Shown here in pieces: positions 53,540 through 64,000 of a stretch of DNA of 64,000 nt. Both the position numbers and the translations under genes were made by a program. The DNA comes from Lepidodermella squamata (taxonomy: Eukaryota > Animalia > Gastrotricha), in assembly GCA_047495785.1 (NCBI GenBank), contig JBLDXI010000004.1:1860001-1924000 (forward strand), in the 5' to 3' direction. Under the pieces are notes generated by a model. It was given only the letters and a program-made list of their open reading frames with translations, was not told where the DNA came from and searched no databases. Numbering within the stretch: the stretch's first letter is position 1; every line of letters begins with the position of its first letter.

Positions 53540-54216
53540 AAGCGTATGAATTAGCAGGAAAAATAAATAAAATGAATTCCTGGAATAATTCTCGAGTTAT
53601 TTATCTGTAAAATGAAGTAGCAAATGAGACGCGAAATCCGAATGTTGCAAGCTAGCCGGCAATGCATCATCCAAGAATGATAAGGCCGAAGAATTGATCG
53701 GAAGTAAACAAATCAAAACTAGACTAGTCGCGTAGCGAAATGCTGCGAAATGCCCATTCTGCGTTGAAAATGACCTTGACTAGGCCGTCGACTAGGCGCT
53801 AGGCCATCCCATTTCTAGGACACGTCATTGCGCATCCGTCTCTGTGACATCCGATTGAAATCATCAGCTGGGAACAACAACCCATAACACAGCAAATCAC
53901 GCAGTGGAAATGAATCACATACGCTGATCATTCACATGCGTACCGAGGAAGAAAGCATGCAGCACAAAAGTAACAATCTACAGACGGCCGACGCCCACGG
54001 TGATGCTCACCGGCATTTCAAATAACGTACCAGCACGGTTCAAAACATTAAAGCTGGGAAAATCCGATAAGTACATTGCAAAAATGAGCTAAATATCTTC
54101 CGCATCAGCAAAATCCGAGCGGAAACGAGGAGATGAAGCGCTTCATAAAAAACACTTAGAAAATCACCCGTATAGATGAGCATTTACATTTTTGAAACTT
54201 TAATTAAAGTGAAAAA

Positions 54217-56283
54217 ATGTCGAACATCACAATAGCGGCGGCGTCTCTGATGCCATTTACAAGCTCTTGGCTTCTTGCTGATCTGCCCGACCGCGGTTTC
54301 AATGGCTCGAGGCCGTATTTCATCGGCTGGCTGCACGACCTGAGCGCCCAATCAATCGAAGACCGACTGCCATACACGCTAACTATAGTGATTCTGGCGA
54401 TTCTTAGTAGCCTAGCCAGTATTGCTAACATCGTAATCTACTACCGCCGCAATGTTAAACGAGACTTTTTGATACTGTCCTCTTTTGTGGTTGTTAGAAA
54501 CGTCCTGTGGTGTGCCAACTGGTGCTACGTTGTGCTGGTGCCGCTGAGAACTGGCTTCTGGGAGGCAGGTCCAGCTGCGTGCTCCACAGCTTTCACGATA
54601 ATGGCTGTCTTAGGCGGGTTCGGCTGTTTCGCAAACATGCTCATCAGCTACGAGAGACGGCTGTGCGTTTGCTCCGTGTCTCTTCACCGGCCAAGCTCAG
54701 TAAAAGTAAGTCAACGAATGAAAATCATCCTCTGTTATCGAGCGTTCAGCAGGACTATTTTGCATATTTGCATAATTTTTATCCCCAACACGTTAAGGAT
54801 AGGCCGCTCTGCTATGCAGAACAACAATTATGACAAGTATGATTCCAGTGGATTTCCGCCAGTGACTTTGATTTGATTTGATTGGATTTATTGAGGAAAT
54901 CACAGGTCTCTGTAAATCAATCATTTCAAGTCAAATCCCAAAAAGTCGATAGTAAATCAATCAAATCAAATCATCAAGCCCGTTTAAATCAAATCAAATC
55001 AAATCTTTCGCATATGGAAACATGAGTATCATGGTAAATTTCTGGGGGTTCTTTCAAATTTCAAGCTTGGTTTTGGTTGAATGAGTATGAAAGGGGATGA
55101 ATAGCTCCGGGCTTTAGAAAACAGCTGTTTTCAAGGCAAATGTAAGTTCTCATGTTTAGTAACAGGGGGAGATCCGAGAGTTCTGATTTGTATAAATTAG
55201 CAGTAAATCAAGTGGGCTGAATTTAAATCAAATCAAATCATCCTGAAACTTTCTAAATCAAATCATCAAAAAATGGCCTAAATCAAATCAAATCACAATC
55301 AAATCAAATCAAATCAAAGTCTCTGATTTCCGCATTTAAAGTTCATAAAGTAATGCAAAATTTTATAAAATTATTGAAATGGGTAAACGTTAACATTTCA
55401 ATCGTATGCTATTCTAGCTCATGTCCCTCTCAGCTGGTCTCTTGCTGATCTGCTGCGGAATTGCAGTGATTCTCAACTTCGCGCCATATCAATCGCAAGC
55501 CCTCGAACGGTTGGTCATCGACGGCATCAACAACAATACCGCTGTGCCGCTGTGTGGCTCCTTCAACAACAGGTTTATCGGTGATGCAGACACGGCAGTC
55601 CTCAATGTGGCGTACTTTTTCATCGCAGTGCAAACATCTTCCCTCGGATTGGCTTACAACTACTGGTCAGTCATTTCACTATCAAAGTTGACGGATTGTT
55701 TTTTTATTGGCCCGGCCCTTGAATTTGGATCGAATTTCGAAGAATTTATAAAGGATCAGCTATTTAACGTTTCCCGCGTACAGTTAAATCTTCCAGTAGC
55801 TACCCGCCTTCACTCTCAGAACAATAATGCAGTAGAATTTAGTCTATGCGTGTTTTTAGGAAGATGTTTGCTCATATACGAGCTGTTCGTCTCGGATGGC
55901 AAGATAACCAATCGAATACCTTAAAATCGAAAATCCAAGAGAACTGGCGGCAGCGTGAAGTTTTCATCGCCAAGCAGTCAATCGCTGCATTCGTGGTGTA
56001 CAATGCGTTCCATCTCCCGTTGGCTGTTCATTTCGCCCTTCAGATAGGCTACGTCGATCTCGGGCCGCGATTCGCCTCTGGCAACTTCATGAAGTTCGGC
56101 ATCATGTGCGAGCTTTTCGAAATAGTCGTTTCGTCGGTTATCAAATCGCTGAAGCCTGGCTTCACGCGCAACCTGCCGTGGTCGCGCCGCAATAATAAAG
56201 TGAATGCTCTAGCCACGGTCCGTGTGCTCGTCGCAAATCGCCAGCCGCCACCCGTCAGCAACTGTGAAAAATTAAGATTTTGA
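54217..56283 (+). CDS. GPCR paralog J, copy 2
   Basis: Exons 54217-54705, 55418-55665, 55860-56283 (offset 23711). Confidence 0.88.
54860..55325. mobile_element. hAT-type MITE in intron 1 of J copy 2
   Basis: Same TIRs and ATTTCCGC TSD as 31149-31614. Confidence 0.9.
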
Positions 56284-56790
56284 ATGAAGGTGAAACGTGA
56301 ACTTTAGCTGACGAGGATACAAATAACAATAAAATAATAGAAATAGAAATATTTCCTTGGACAATTTGCCAGCGCTGGCGTTTATTTATTGAAGTTAACG
56401 CCATTGAACTTTATTGATGATTGATAATTAAGGAACACAGGAGAGTGTAAACCCAGCTGGATATATCGCGTGTCGCGTGCAAATTTGACATTTGAAAACT
56501 GATTGAGATACGCATTTTTGTAATTCGAATCCCGTAAAATAAAATGCCTTGCCAGACATTTTAAACTGTACGCATCGACCTTGCACTTCGAAAAGTATTT
56601 CAGGAGCCACAGGCTGGAAAGAGGAAGAACATTGAAGACAAACCGTTAATCGAACCACCTGCGATTTCCTCGACCGCCCATCACGAATATTGATTTGACG
56701 CAGGCAAACTTCCGGCGGCTTGAAATCCTAAAATCTTTCACCGAAAGGTTAAGCGATTGCAGTTGTTAGAAAATTAATGTTATTGAGCCA

Positions 56791-58044
56791 ATGCCGCACA
56801 ATAATTCAACGTCGGCTATTGTGATGCCAGGTGGCGGCTGGGTAATGGCGTACATCGAAGATCGCGGCTTCGACAGCCCGAGGCCGTACTTCATCGGTTG
56901 GTTCCACGATTTGAGCACGAAATCAGTCGCAGATCGACTGGCATACACAGTGGCTATAGTAGCCATCTGCATCCTCGGAACCATCGCCAGCGTAGCCAAC
57001 ATCGTGGTTTACTACCGCAGAAACGTCAAACGAAATTTCTTGGTCCTGAACGGGCTTCTCGTCGCAAGAAATGTCATCTGGGCTATCAATTGGTCATGCG
57101 CAATGCTTGCCACCCTGCAGACTGGCTATTGGGACGTTGGACCGGCAGCGTGTGCCGTAGTTTGGTGGATCGCAACAGCTATCGGTCCATTCGGCTGTTT
57201 TCTCAATCTCATCATTAGTTACGAACGAAGAATGTGCGTTAGCTCGAAGACTCTCTACCGATCGAGCAGCCGCAAGGTAATAGGCGACTCGATTCCGAGT
57301 CAGTAGTATTGCAGCTTTCTAGTGAAATTTCATTGGATTATTTTGAAATCAAGAAACTAAAGGTTTACTTAATTTTTCAGCTGATTTTGATGACTCTGGG
57401 CTGTTTCGTCTTCTGCGCGGTTTGCACGAGCACCTATGTGATTGCCCCTCTTAAAGCGTATGGCTATCAGCAACTCGTGATTGGAAACCAATCGACCCCA
57501 GCTGTTGGACTATGCGGTTCATTCGACTACAAATTGGTGGGAGATGCTGATACACTGGTTATTGTCCTCATCTACCTTTTGTTCGCTGTTAATGTGTCAT
57601 CGATCGGCCTAGCTTTCAACTACTGGTTAGATATTTGTAACCGTCACGTTTTCCGGTTTGTCATTCCTATTTTGTATATACAGGAAAATGTTTTCGCAAG
57701 TCAGGGCGATTCGGTTGGCTTGGAGATCGCAAGGAACCGGCGGAACGTCGCCTATGCGGAATGACTGGCGGAAGCGAGAGGTTTTCATCGCGAAACAGTC
57801 CATTGTCGGCGTTGTGCTGTACACTGCCTTTCATATGCCTCTCGCTATTAGTGTCATTCTGCAGCTTGGCTACACTAGTATTGGGCCGCAGTACGCCAGC
57901 GCGAATCTCAACAAATATTCGAGCGTTTGTGCAGCGCTGGAAATGGTTGTCTCCTCGATCGTCAAGTCACTAAAGCCGGGATTCACAATGACGCAAGTGT
58001 TAGCACGGAGAAATACAACCAAAGTTGAAGCTAGTGGACTCTAG
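56791..58044 (+). CDS. GPCR paralog K, copy 2
   Basis: Exons 56791-57276, 57381-57625, 57684-58044; FTITQ to FTMTQ versus copy 1. Confidence 0.9.
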
Positions 58045-58346
58045 AAAATAGAAGAAACGTGATTGAAAATGATTTCGTAAAACTATCAGCCTGCCTGAAA
58101 TGCAACGGGACAATATTCTTCCCGAACTCACAGACATTTTCCGACCAGGGTCCTGGGATGTTTACGAAGCGATATTTCACCAGAATTAGCTATAAGAATC
58201 GATTATGCCCTAGAATAGATCAAATATAGTCGAGGCGGAAGGAGATGTTTACGGTGAGAACATTAAAAGCTTCCTGTCCGTTTCATCATGCATCTAAAGC
58301 TGACCTGATCTTGCGCCGCAGTTTCAAGATCCTATCAAAGATATAC

Positions 58347-59662
58347 ATGAACGATACGCTCGAGGTTCGAGCATCGGCTCAGTCGAAGCCAGCAGCAATA
58401 TTGCTGCCAGGCGGAGCTTGGATCTCGGCCGATATCGAAGACCGTGGCTTCAATGGCTCGCGACCGTACTTCATCGGTTGGTTCCACGACCTGAGCAGGC
58501 CCTCAATCGAAGATCGACTGCCGTATACGTTGTCTATTGTCATACTAGCCGTTATCGGGATCGCAGCCAGCATTGCTAACATAGTGGTCTACCACAGGCG
58601 CAGAGTTGGTAGCAGTTTTATCATCTTATGCTGCATGGTCACTGTTCGCAACATCATCTGCGCCGTGAATTGCTGCGTCAGTATGCTAGTCACTTTACCA
58701 ACTGGTTACTGGGAAGCCGGCCCAACTGCTTGTTCGATCGTGTTCTGGATATCAGGCGCAGTCGGAGCTTTCGGCTGTTTCGTCAACTTTCTCATCAGCT
58801 GTGAACGGCGCCTTTGCGTTACTTCGACTATCGTGTATCAAACCAGCTCCACCAAAGTAAGTTCAAGCCATAAATCATACATGTTCGCAATGATGAAAAT
58901 ATGTCTCAAGATATTGCTTCTAGCTTCGGGTTCGTTTGTCTTTTGCGCCGTTTCAACTATCATATTTTCCTTCACCCCCTTGCCGCTCATGGTGCACCAG
59001 CGGCTGGTCGTCGAAGGTATCAACAACAACACAGCCATCGATCTGTGCGGGTGGTTCCCGTACCGCTTTGTCGGTTCTTCCGATTCAATCGTCCTAGTTC
59101 TAATTTTCTACCTGGTAATTGTCCAAACCACAACGTTTGGCTTGGCTCTGAATTATTGGTGAGCTTGTCGTAGAAAACTTAACCATTCCAAGTAAAATTC
59201 TGATTACTATAAAGGAAAATATTCTCAGAGATTCGCTTGGTCCGGCTTCGTTGGCGCTCGCAACAAATCGGGGCTCCAACAACGGATCGGGAAGCGCAGT
59301 GGTACCAGCGCGAGTTGTTCATCGCCAAACAGTCAATTGCTGCTGTTCTCGTGTACAACGTGTTCCAAATGCCGCTTGCTGTTCACATTGCCATGCAGAT
59401 GGGCTACGCTGAGATCGGGCCTCGATTTGCGACCGGCGACTTCAACAAGTACAGCCAAGTGTGTGTCATGATTGAAATAACTGCATCGGCCATAGTTCGC
59501 ATGCTGAAACCCAGGCTATCAACAAATCGCGTCAGCAATGATAGTAAACTCGCTCTCAACGGGAATCATCGAAAGACGCATCGACAAGGGCGGGCAAGCG
59601 CGATTCTGCGGCAAATTTCACGATGGATTCGAAACATTGACCCGGCTGTAATTTATCAGTGA
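58347..59662 (+). CDS. GPCR paralog L, parental form (401 aa)
   Basis: Exons 58347-58856, 58911-59158, 59215-59662; own TM7 and C-tail (SQVCVMIEITAS...PAVIYQ); AATAAA just after the stop. Confidence 0.85.
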
Positions 59663-60478
59663 TTGAGAATAAAAGCGGAATGAAGTTTCATACATGTATA
59701 TCAGGCATATCGCATATCCTAATTACATCCTAGAAGCTGTGAAAAGAAACGGTCGATATCAATGTTAGCTGTGCGACTCAAGCTCGGAAGCCGGAAATTG
59801 CTGTAGCAGGAAGCTATCTAACGAAGCTGTCGGGGATCCTGCAGGGTTTTCGTATTTCTTTGTACATGCTTTGTATATAAATCGTGATATGTGATAGATA
59901 GAAAAATCAGCCACTAGGTTTCAGTCTTGCTTATCATGAGGCGGCTATCTAGCTACTTCAACTTCGCAAAAGGTACGCTTGCACTACCGCGCAATATCCG
60001 AACAACTGGTCATGATAACAGCACTCGCTGAAAACCGCCTGCAGTATATCCGCCTGATCTCGAAATTTTGAAATGACGTAATTTTGGGCTGTTGGGCGGC
60101 GGTTAGATCAAGGCTGGGACACATCAAAGACAGCGGTTTCGACGCTCCCAGGCGCTAGGTCATAATTTCTTGAGGCCGTCGCCGCCATTGCCGACATTAC
60201 TATGCTCTGCGTGATGTCCTTAGGGTAATAGCTGGCCATGTGCCAGCATGAGCCAATTCCTTACATCCTATATGTCATTTTGTCAATTTGTCAACGCACC
60301 AATGATTCATCGACCACCAGAATTGTACGTTCTGCTGATGTGCTCACAGATCGATAATTTCAAGAAACGGAGGTATTTTCACGAAGGCGTTGAAAGCTTC
60401 CGTTCTGCTGAGATATATGCAGTGAGAGGTGGCATCGCTATTCGCATTCTCAATAATTTTTTTTCAAGACAAAGGGGA

Positions 60479-61268
60479 ATGAACGACACACTAAAAGCTC
60501 AGTCGAAGCCAACAGCAGTTGCGCTGCCAGGCGGGGCTTGGATCTCGGCCGATATCGAAGACCGTGGCTTCAACGGCTCGCGGCCGTACTTCATCGGCTG
60601 GTTCCACGACCGGGGTGAACAACAATTCCGCCGTGCCATTGTGCGGCTCATTCAACTACAAATTCATTCGATCTTCAGACACAACAGTGGCTATTCTGCT
60701 GTACTACCTAGTGGTGGTTCAACTGTCCTCTTGCGGCCTCTCCTACAACTACTGGTTTGTCACTTCGTACTTTGATAGTTGTTTTTTTTCATTCGATCTA
60801 TGCAGGAAAATTTTCGCTCAAATTCGGGCTGTTCGCCTTGGATGGCGGTCGACGCAGCGTAGCATGCAGGCCGTGGCCATGGAGACTCAGTGGCGGCAGC
60901 GGGAAGTGTTTTTTGCGAAGCAATCTATAGCCGCTGTGCTCGTGTACAACACATTCCACCTGCCCATGGCCGTGCATTTAGTGTTCCAGCTCGACTACTG
61001 GAACTGGGGCCCGAGCTTCGCTAGCGGTGACCTGCTCAAGTACAGCAACATTTGCACAGTTGCAGAAATGGTCTTCTCGTGCTTTGTCAAAATGGTGAAA
61101 CCCGGATTCTCGCAGCGAATGCCTTCCATCGGAAGGAAGCTTCTGCAGCATCGGGGTCTTCGACAGCGACCGACTCGGATTAGCGTGGCTAGCACCAATA
61201 AGGCAGCAGCAGCTACGGCTACATTTGCCGTAACAACTCGAGAGTCCTTGAATACCAGCAATTATTGA
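60479..61268 (+). pseudogene. GPCR paralog M; deletion/fusion pseudogene
   Basis: MNDTLKAQSKP...GWFHD (L-like exon 1) is joined out of frame at ~60610 to GVNNNSAVPLCG (mid exon 2, E-like), so TM1-TM4 are missing; intron 60755-60805; exon 3 60806-61268. Confidence 0.85.
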
Positions 61269-61749
61269 AAACATGTCAAGAAATCCACAATTTATCATTT
61301 GACATATTTTTGATAATTACAGATAGAATATTTCATCTTTTCAGTTAAAAAACTCTCACTAGGATAGACTTTGAAGAAGAATGATTCTAGGCGCAAATCA
61401 AATAGATAAATAGCTTGAAATACTACGGAATACGTTAGCTAATGCCATTTTTACTAGCTGTCTCGACTCTAAGCTAGCCAACTGTTTAACTCTCATACAA
61501 CCAAGTGATTGTTCAACGTTATGACATTGACGCAAAAAAGTCACTGATGCCACCATCCCCTCTTAGCACCAGTACTTAGCATACAGTAAGCGTCAAAGCG
61601 TTTCCAACTGTGAAGATGAGAAATTCTAGCCTTCTACCCAAAAGACGCTGATTTTACATTCATATCCTTGCGTTATCTATTATATATTATATGCGTGATA
61701 AATGAAATGTATATGTCGTTGGCAATAGTGAAATATTCGCCATTAGCGA

Positions 61750-62338
61750 CAGGGTTGGGTTTTATAGTTTATACAGATATTTCAAATTTCGGATCTGTTT
61801 AAACAGGTATATACAGATAATGTAAAAATGATCATTTTGTTCCAAGCTACATCTCGTCAACCGTATCTCTAGTTGAATTTTAAGTTGCACCGCGTGATTC
61901 TGCCCGAAAAACTGCATAGTTTGACGTATTACTCGACTATTTACTCAATCAGAAAGAAATAATGAAGAGGGTGCAATAAAGTAATGAAATAATTTAAAAA
62001 ATTCAATTATTTCCCAGCACTTCCACGCTGAATACCACAGCATTCCACGCCCAGTATCGATTATCGATCATCGGTTATTGGTGATCAATCAACTGACTGA
62101 TTGACATTAGCTCAGCAATTTTCGATTGTTTCTTGATAGCTTAGAGCTTATATCTACAATCGGCTAATTCATAAGCATATCTTAGGGAACCCTGATCTAT
62201 ATTTTTTTTCCTCCGATATGCCATTTATGTAAAATCGTGGTATAAACCCTGTTTTTTTCAAATTTTTCGGACCTGTTTAAACAGTATGTTCAAACATAAG
62301 TACTGTATAAAAAGATTGTTTAAACAGCCCCAACCCTG
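61750..62338. mobile_element. hAT-type MITE (589 bp)
   Basis: TIR CAGGGTTGGG / CCCAACCCTG; flanks ATTAGCGA (61742-61749) and AATAGCGA (62339-62346), a 7/8 TSD match; repeated subterminal palindrome TGTTTAAACA. Confidence 0.75.
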
Positions 62339-62536
62339 AATAGCGAATTGGATTACTCCATGACGAAATGTCACCATAGCCGTACCCTATCGTGAAATAA
62401 GTAAAGTGTTCCGCCTTACGGCGAAAAGCCTACTTCCTTCACACTGTGCGGCACCGACACAATTCAGGGTGAATAAAAAGGATAAATTTTATTTCACAAT
62501 TTTTTACATTTGCGGGGAAATGAATAATTCGCTGGC

Positions 62537-63412
62537 TCAACATGCTGGCCTCGCTCGAATTGCTCCCCGGAATCTCAGTAAATCGGCCGCAACGGTTCTG
62601 TTATTGTAAATCGCCAAATCAAGAGCTGCCTTGCCATCTTTATCTTTCACATCCTTAATTGCACATCTGTCCAGCAACAGTCGAACTGCTTCTACTTGCC
62701 TCATCCAAGACGCATACATCAATGCCGTCTGGCCATTGTCAGCCTTGGCCTCGATGGCAGCCCCGCGATAAAGTAGCAGTTCAACTACTTCCACTAGCCC
62801 ATTCAAAGCCGCAAAAATCAACGCCGTCGCGCCACCGTTAGCCTTGGCATCGATGGCAGACCCGCGATCCAGCAGCAGACGAATTACTTCGACACGCCCA
62901 TTTGCAGCCGCCCTTATCAACGCCGTCCTGCCAAGGCTTTCCTTGGCCTCGATAGTAGCGTTGCGATCCAGTAACAGCCGAACTACCTCCGCGTGTCCAT
63001 TATTAGCCGCAAAGATCAACGCTGTCATGTCATCAGTATTCTTGGCCTCGATGGCAGCGATGCGATGAAGCAGCAATCGAACTACTTCTACGTACCCATT
63101 CGAAGCCGCAAAAATCAACGCCGTCATGCTACCACGCTCCGCCCTCGAATTCACATCAGCTCCACGACCGACGAACAGCTGAACAATTTTCAATCGCTTG
63201 TCTGATTGTGTCCCTTTGCACGTAACGCTGTGCAGCAGGCTGCCATTTTTCAGGTTATAGTAAAGTGCGCAGTCAAACTCCCTTGGGTTGCACCAGTTCG
63301 GGTCGAATTTACCGCCCGTAGATTCGTCGATCTCCGCGACGAGCTGCCGCACCTGCGTGACATCTCTCGCCTCAACTGTTACATTCCACAACTGCTCGTA
63401 CACTTCAAGAAC
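62537..63412 (-). CDS. Ankyrin-repeat protein, last exon (about 7 repeats); 5' exon(s) undefined
   Basis: 33-aa repeats TALIFAAxNGxxEVVRLLLxRGAxIEAK. The listed ORF starts at GTG; three codons upstream is tttag|GTT, a likely splice acceptor (63413-63414) that is also an in-frame TAG, so the true start must lie in an upstream exon. Confidence 0.85.
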   Translation of the reverse strand, partial: VLEVYEQLWNVTVEARDVTQVRQLVAEIDESTGGKFDPNWCNPREFDCALYYNLKNGSLLHSVTCKGTQSDKRLKIVQLFVGRGADVNSRAERGSMTALIFAASNGYVEVVRLLLHRIAAIEAKNTDDMTALIFAANNGHAEVVRLLLDRNATIEAKESLGRTALIRAAANGRVEVIRLLLDRGSAIDAKANGGATALIFAALNGLVEVVELLLYRGAAIEAKADNGQTALMYASWMRQVEAVRLLLDRCAIKDVKDKDGKAALDLAIYNNRTVAADLLRFRGAIRARPAC

Positions 63413-64000
63413 CTAAATTTGAGAAGACATCGGAAAGTTTAGTGAAATTGAGCACATCGGACCCTTCGTTTTCTAACCTAATTAAAATTACAGAAATAAA
63501 GCAGAAGTCTCAGAAACTTCGGGCTCTGGTGTCAGTACAATTGAAAACCCCAAATACGGAATCTAAAACTCGAAAAGTACATTTGGATACCAAAATCGCG
63601 TTGCTGAACCTAATGTCACGAGCCGTCTCGAAAATTCGCTCTTCTTTTTGGCATAACAGTTTCAGAGTTGCAGTCTTTTGCCTTCAGGGACAAAAGGAAA
63701 GGCCTCAGATCGCTGGCATCTTGATTTACTAAAAATGACTGGGAAGCCCTTACTCTGATTTCGTATTTGATTATGACACAGTGTTCCGTATTATCCTACG
63801 ATAGGTTGATGTTCATGGAAAACTTACAGGTCGTCGCTGCCTCGAGACGCAAGAGCCAGGCTGGGACCAGGTTGCGTTTGAGAGGCACGATATGACCGAA
63901 TTTCCACGACAGGGTAGGAAAATAATTTTTTTTCCCCAATCCCACTTTTTTGAGGGTCTCCATTTCCCCACAAAAAGTGCCTTTTTCGCCGAGAAACTGT

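Larger units (their letters stand above)
35735..59457 (+). repeat. Large tandem segmental duplication, right copy (23.7 kb)
   Basis: Begins and ends at CAAGTACAGCCA (35735-35746, 59446-59457); gene order C-D-E-F-G-H-I-J-K-L. Confidence 0.95.

Noticed and set aside
3789-59457. Duplications as pure assembly artefacts
   Set aside because: Not excluded without reads, but disfavoured: both junctions have mechanistic signatures (a crossover between paralogs; filler bases) and the copies carry private SNPs and indels.
62537-63412. Horizontal (bacterial) origin of the ankyrin gene
   Set aside because: Ankyrin consensus is uninformative about origin, and the ORF begins at an apparent splice acceptor.
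1-64000. Most short ORFs in the supplied track (antisense or alternate-frame ORFs over GPCR exons, GTG/TTG starts, read-through into introns)
   Set aside because: They are shadows of spliced eukaryotic exons; their recurrence is explained by the duplications, not by selection.
63828-64000. Upstream exon of the ankyrin gene (minus-strand donor CCT|gtaagt at 63827, frame open to the window edge)
   Set aside because: Other candidate donors exist and there is no start codon or homology to choose among them.

Overview
Eukaryotic (metazoan-type, compact GT-AG introns of 51-712 nt) genomic DNA occupied almost entirely by a tandem array of one divergent family of class A (rhodopsin-like) 7TM receptors, followed by an ankyrin-repeat gene at the right end. 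I count 26 family loci representing 13 distinct paralogs (my labels A-M): 18 intact three-exon gene models (363-401 aa) and 8 pseudogenes or fragments. Intact genes share a phase-0 intron after TM3/ICL2, a phase-2 intron inside the Trp codon of NYW at the end of TM5, and a 248-nt exon 2 (245 nt in K). The family keeps N1.50, ECL1 WxxG, C3.25, E/R of DRY (ERR), the ECL2 Cys, Y5.58 and P6.50, but has N at 2.50 preceded by an invariant Arg, H/Q at 6.48, no NPxxY and an invariant TM7 Glu, plus a strongly conserved N-terminal DRGFNGSRPYFIGWxHDL motif. Two very recent nested duplications are readable at base level. A ~23.7-kb tandem duplication has its junction (35735-35746) inside a coding exon, creating an intact L/B hybrid receptor as expected from unequal crossing-over. 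An ~8.2-kb duplication has a non-homologous junction with 5 bp of filler (19588-19592). Older events include a two-gene module, an inversion, a C-terminal tail swap and a deletion fusion. Two hAT-type MITEs (8-bp TSD) and one Tc1/mariner-type MITE (TA TSD) are present. Organism, ligand and novelty of the family cannot be determined without a database search.
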